From: Heptranchias perlo
Taxonomy: Eukaryota
Direction: 5' to 3'
Assembly (NCBI RefSeq): GCF_035084215.1
Contig: NC_090370.1
Location: 3,410,001-3,474,000 of the forward strand
DNA: 64,000 nt
The number at the start of each line of letters is the position of its first letter. Position 1 is the first letter of the stretch. Both the position numbers and the translations under genes were made by a program. Under the pieces are notes generated by a model, which ran no database searches, was not told where the DNA came from, and saw only the letters and a list, made by a program, of their open reading frames with translations. Shown piece by piece: positions 38,059 to 64,000 of the stretch.

Positions 38059-39035
38059 GTAAGTGTCCGAGTAAAATCCACTTCCATCCGTTCACTAAAC
38101 TGTTGGCAATGGGCGTAAACTTTGCGTTGTCAGGGAAGGGACACTTCGTGCTCCAGATATCGTGAAAATTTACTCGTAAAAGTGTGTTAACAAAATGGAG
38201 TGGTCTAAATAAAATGTGTGGGGCGAAGAGGGAGGGGGCAGCAGCAATCTCGTGGTGTCCCAGGAGTAGCAGCTCAATGGTGGAGGGGAGGGGGGAAAAC
38301 CACGAGTCGAGGTTTTTGCTTGTATGTGCTGGTTGAGGCCGTGAATGTATTTGGCGAGTTATCTGTTTTCAGATGGTTTAATTTTTTTTGACTGGCAAGG
38401 TAGGCCACGAAAAGTTGTTTCGACCATAGCTTTAGGTAGTGTGGGGGCCCTAGTTTGTAATAGGGAGCCGTTTATCTATGTACAAATTGTCTTTAAACTT
38501 TTTTTTGGTGGTTTGTTATTTTTTTTCTCCTTGTCTTGAAATGTGACGTTCCTTCAGACTATTTGTGAGTTTATAAAGAAACTTTTCACTTATTTATCTT
38601 TTAGTTCAGTACCATTCTGACTTATAGGGTAATTTGTGTTACTGAACATTGCCTCTGCAGCTACACGCTCCCTCTAGATTTTTCAATTGCGTCTTTATTT
38701 CTGCAAACTACCGTCACAATTAAGTACCGAACAGTAAGAATGTGCCCCTGCCTGTTAAGCTCAACAGATCTGTTTTTATAACGTGCTTTTGGCAAGGACC
38801 AAAAACCGTGGTTGAAGAAAGTACTTTTTTAAAAAGTCTATAATGATTTAACTCTTGAAGTATGGTATGTAGCAGTTGAATTCCAGTAAAGGAGCAATGG
38901 CCATTACATGGCTAAATATTCAATCTATCCATTTTTGATTTGAATGCTGTATTGGGGATGCAGTGGCCTTTGGTTCTTTTTGCTGTCTTCACAAGTAAGA
39001 ACAGTCCCTGTTAAAATTAAAAGTTGTAGAAAGTG

Positions 39036-39039
<4 letters not shown>

Positions 39040-39066
<27 letters not shown>
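39040..39066. repeat. (TA)n microsatellite
   Basis: About 13 TA units seen directly. Confidence 0.95.
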
Positions 39067-39828
39067 TAATTAGTCCTATATATCTAATGTCCAATAAAAA
39101 TTCCTGCAGCTCCAAGTAAAGTAAAATAGAATTGTTGCTACTCCATTGATATTCCTTGCTGTATAGCACATGTGTAGTGCCACTTCCTTCACACATTGAT
39201 TCTGCTTCTCCTGCCAGCCCCAAGCATAAGATGCTAAATGATCTGAGTTAGTAGGAGCAACAGACCGAATTATGCTTTGAAATTAAAACAGAAAATGCTG
39301 GAAAACACTCCAGGTCAGGTCTGCAACAGTAACTGTTTCTCACCACATATGCTGCCTGACCTGAGCGTTTCCAGCATTTTCTGTTTTTATTTCAGATTTC
39401 CAGCAACTGCTGTATTTTGCTTTTGTTTGGAATGCTCCTCTGAACCATGTTATGTTTTCTAACTTCTATCTTCATTTAATTCATGAGGTTATGATTTCTC
39501 CGCTCCTTGACTGTTCAGTTTTTGGGTAGGATATGAAATTTGGGCTTAATCTTGAGATTCATACACCAGCATTCATTTGGCTAGATTTTGATATATTTCA
39601 TAATGGGCTTAATTCTAAGGGGTGCTGACAGCCTTTGGAAATAGTGAGTGCCTCTGAATCCAGTTTTGTAGCAAACAAAGTCTGCATGTTTTGAACAATG
39701 CAAGTGTGACTCAAAGCTTCTGTATGAAGATTGCACTTTTGCCTAGCCAGAAATTCCTGGCAACAGTGCTGGTACATAATCCTTTATATGGGGCTCTTAA
39801 TTATGGCAAATGAGTTTCTGCTAACTGA

Positions 39829-60854
<21,026 letters not shown>

Positions 60855-60931
60855 GCGTCAGAAAATGCAAGATTGATTGTCCCTTTGGTGCAGCTTCAGT
60901 ACATTTGTACCATTTATATTGATAAACCTCA

Positions 60932-61004
60932 AATAAAAATGTGGCTTGAAATAGTTAAATTTGTTCAGACTGGTTTCTCTCGTGCAGATTTAAGTACCAA
61001 TAAA
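60932..61004 (+). terminator. NACA polyadenylation signals
   Basis: AATAAA at 60932-60937 and 60999-61004, shortly after the stop codon. Confidence 0.7.
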
Positions 61005-62489
61005 AGTTCCTTCGTAAGTAGGTACCACGTAAATGAGATTGGAATAATCCCTTGGGTTTGCACTTCCTTCCCCACATGAGTTCCAGAACTTGATTGTGGA
61101 GAGTGGTTGACTTTTTTCACCAGCAAATTGGAGTGATTCATCCCTAGACTGCTATTGCACACTTGGCATGGTATAAAACAGCACTTGCTTGGATGTTTGA
61201 AACAAATGGCTGTTTGTAAAAAGATTGTCTTCCCAATATGTAGATGCTTTGACACAGGTGAAAAATCGTACAACTGCCACATTTTTAAGATTATATTGGC
61301 CTGTTGCTACTATCAACTGCACTTGTATTCTTTGTTACCAATTGCCTTCAAGGTTTGAGAAAATGTAATTCAAATGAAATGAATGCTGGTATACATGAAA
61401 GTGTTGACTCTCATGAGACACTGACCACCACCTTTAATACAGATTAGTAAGGTGAATTATATTCAATTTTTAAGGATAGACCTCATGGCTTCTGGTTTTG
61501 ACTACTCTATTCTGATGTCCTAAAGCTTAGTTCTTGTGATAAGGCATTTCCGTTTTCTTTAAATTTATGTAGATATTGGATTTATCTTAAGTTGTAAAGG
61601 TAACATAAGCATACAACATGGAGTGAACAAGAGAAATTGTCTCCTCCATCCCAAAGCAATAACCTGAAGATGTATATTGGAACTTGGCACAGTGCAACAA
61701 TCGTATTAAGTGCTTGTGAAATGTTTTTGCCCTTAATCTAATTATTTGTGAATATTGAGTTGCTTGCAGATCACCGACCACATGCACTCTTTCAATTACT
61801 GTTTAAATAGATTAAGTTATTTCAACATCAAAGCAGTCTAAAATGTGTACTGCATGATGTACTTAGTTTTTAGTGCAGTTGGAAAGATGAGTCTCGCTAA
61901 GGTTGGATTGTTTTCTGGGTGGGGCACTGATAACTGATTCAGTGTTGTCGGGCCTATTGTACCACCTGCTTTGTTGAGTGTCCATTGTGCTCGCTGCAGT
62001 GATCACACCATGAAAACTGGCCGACCAGAACCCAATGAGCTGTGCCAGAATTGCTGCAGTCACTCATAGCAGCTTTGCTAACTAATTGAGGCAAATTTGT
62101 GGAGTGCCAACTTGAGCCCATGCAAATGAAGGTGCAACATTCTCTAAAACCAGACAATTTGGTTTCTTGCATTAACATTACTTGAATATGCTGAATGAAC
62201 AAGATGCATATAGTTTTCATTGTTGCTGGTTGGATTTACAATGAAAAGATTCAAGCCACTGAGCTAGGGGGAAGAGGGTGAACTGCACTTCACATCCCTA
62301 GAGTTTTCAGCGTTTAAGTTACTGCACTGGCACAAAGAAAATATTTTGCAGCTCAGTGAATTCATTGTTGTGCTTGCTATATGCCAATTCCCTTGCGCGC
62401 ATCAAGTAGTGAACAACTGACCCACGTTTTTGACTGGTACTGTGAAGTGCTAAATCAAGCATCGGCATGGCAATTTCACCTGAGTCAGG

Positions 62490-63125
62490 CTTGTCGCTTT
62501 CAACCCCACTCCAGACTTGGGTTGCAAAATCAAGGCTGGGACTTCAGTGCATTTATGAATGTTGCATCGTCCTTCAGATGAGATATTAAACTGGGGTTCC
62601 ATCTGCTTGTTCAGGTGGGCACAAAGATTTCTATTACCCTATTCTAGAGTCTAGAACTAGGGGTCATAGTCTCAAGATAAGGGGTTGGCCATTCAAGACT
62701 GACAGGAATTTCTTCACTCAGTTGAATCTTTGGTATTCTCTACCCCAGAGGACAGTATACTCAAGACAGATCGATTAGATTTTTGGACACTAAGGGAATC
62801 AAGGGATATGGGGAGGGTGGGAAAGTGGAGTTGAGGTAGATCAGCCATGATACTGAATGGCACAGGCTTGAGGGGCCTAATGACCTACACATGCTCCTTT
62901 TTCTTATGTTCTTGTTGTTCGAAGAGGAGCAGGCAGCTCTTTTGGTATCCTGGTCAATACTTCTCCATCAACCAATGCCACTAAAAGCCGTTTAACTGGC
63001 TATTCCTCTTATTTGCTGTGCGCAAAATGGCTGCTGTTTTTACCACAACAATGACTGCACTTCAAAAAGTAACTCGTGTGAAGCACTTTGTGATATTTGA
63101 GATGTGCTCAGGTACTATGTTCAAG
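62490..63125 (+). mobile_element. Deu-SINE with a nested CR1 3' fragment (~62645-62910)
   Basis: ccccactccagacttg..ccttcagatgagatattaaac | agaactaggggtcatagtctcaagataagg..ttcttatgttct | gaagaggagcagg..caaaatggctgctg. Confidence 0.65.
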
Positions 63126-64000
63126 TTCATTATTAACTGTTGGCAGAAACCTGGCTATAACTAGAACAGATAGTCAGCTTTGCATTCAACTTAATCGGTA
63201 TTACACCAATGCTGGCTGCTATAGATGTCTAAAATGGCGGTTACATATGAAACTCTAATTTTTAAAAAAAACATTTTTAAGTAGTCTGGTTCGATTAAAG
63301 AATTAGATAACAAAATTGGTGAATCCCATATTTAAATTTAAATGCCCACCAAACATCAATTTAACTTTTTTTTCTCCTTCCTTCCTCTTCCCCCTCCCTT
63401 TCTCTTTCCTTCCCCCCCCCCCCCCCCCCCCAAAATGACTGGATAAGCTTGAGATGGGGATAGATGGCAACCAATTCAAACTTGAGACCCTCTCCCCCAC
63501 CTTCAACCTGCATAGTGCTGTGCAGTGTGGTCCCCCTTGCACAGTAACCCCTACTAGGTTTGCACCTCCCCCATGTGGTACCTCCAGTAAAGGTTTCTTT
63601 TATGGTCATGACATCGTGTGTATTTATTGTATTGCAAACCAGAGATGAGTGTGAATAGATTTAAGACCCTGTCTACATCTGAAATTGTGGCGTATAACTT
63701 GCTATATTAAGAGGGCTGTTTAAATTTTGTTGCATATAAAATGTTCTTTGTTACTTTTGTGTCAGATCATGGCAACAGCTGTGGATCAATAACCAATTGG
63801 GTCTTGACCAAAATTGTTTAGAATTGGCTGCTAGGAGGAATAACACTGGGTTGAGCATTTATTTCCCTAGGAAGATGTGACCTCAATAGAGAAATTAGCA
63901 CATGTTGGTTTGAATTAAGAACAGGGCAGTTAAGAATTGAATTAAGTACAATTATTACCTGTCCATGATCAGTATCCCTCAGATTGCTGAGCTTAGTAAT

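Overview
Vertebrate genomic DNA, most likely shark/ray (HE1-like SINEs, HER1/CR1 and L2 LINEs, Deu-domain SINEs, Penelope-like elements). It holds two complete intron-containing genes in tandem on the + strand, in the same order as human 12q13. PRIM1 (DNA primase small subunit) has 13 coding exons at 9959-27616 (418 aa) and an AT-AC minor-spliceosome intron 7. NACA has a TOP-type non-coding first exon at ~38020 and the 215-aa alpha-NAC CDS at 39850-60854. Between NACA coding exons 1 and 2 lie three frame-preserving cassette exons (177, 99 and 5061 nt). The 5061-nt exon is the skNAC-type giant exon and carries a ~2.7-kb array of ~80 near-perfect 36/33-bp coding repeats that encode an acidic, lysine/arginine-free polypeptide. 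The window also has a dead Harbinger transposase, the probable 3' exons of an unidentified coiled-coil gene, and Penelope-like inserts with minimal hammerhead-ribozyme motifs, two of them head-to-head palindromes. Exon boundaries were read by hand. Repeat boundaries and family names are approximate and come from recall, not from a database search.
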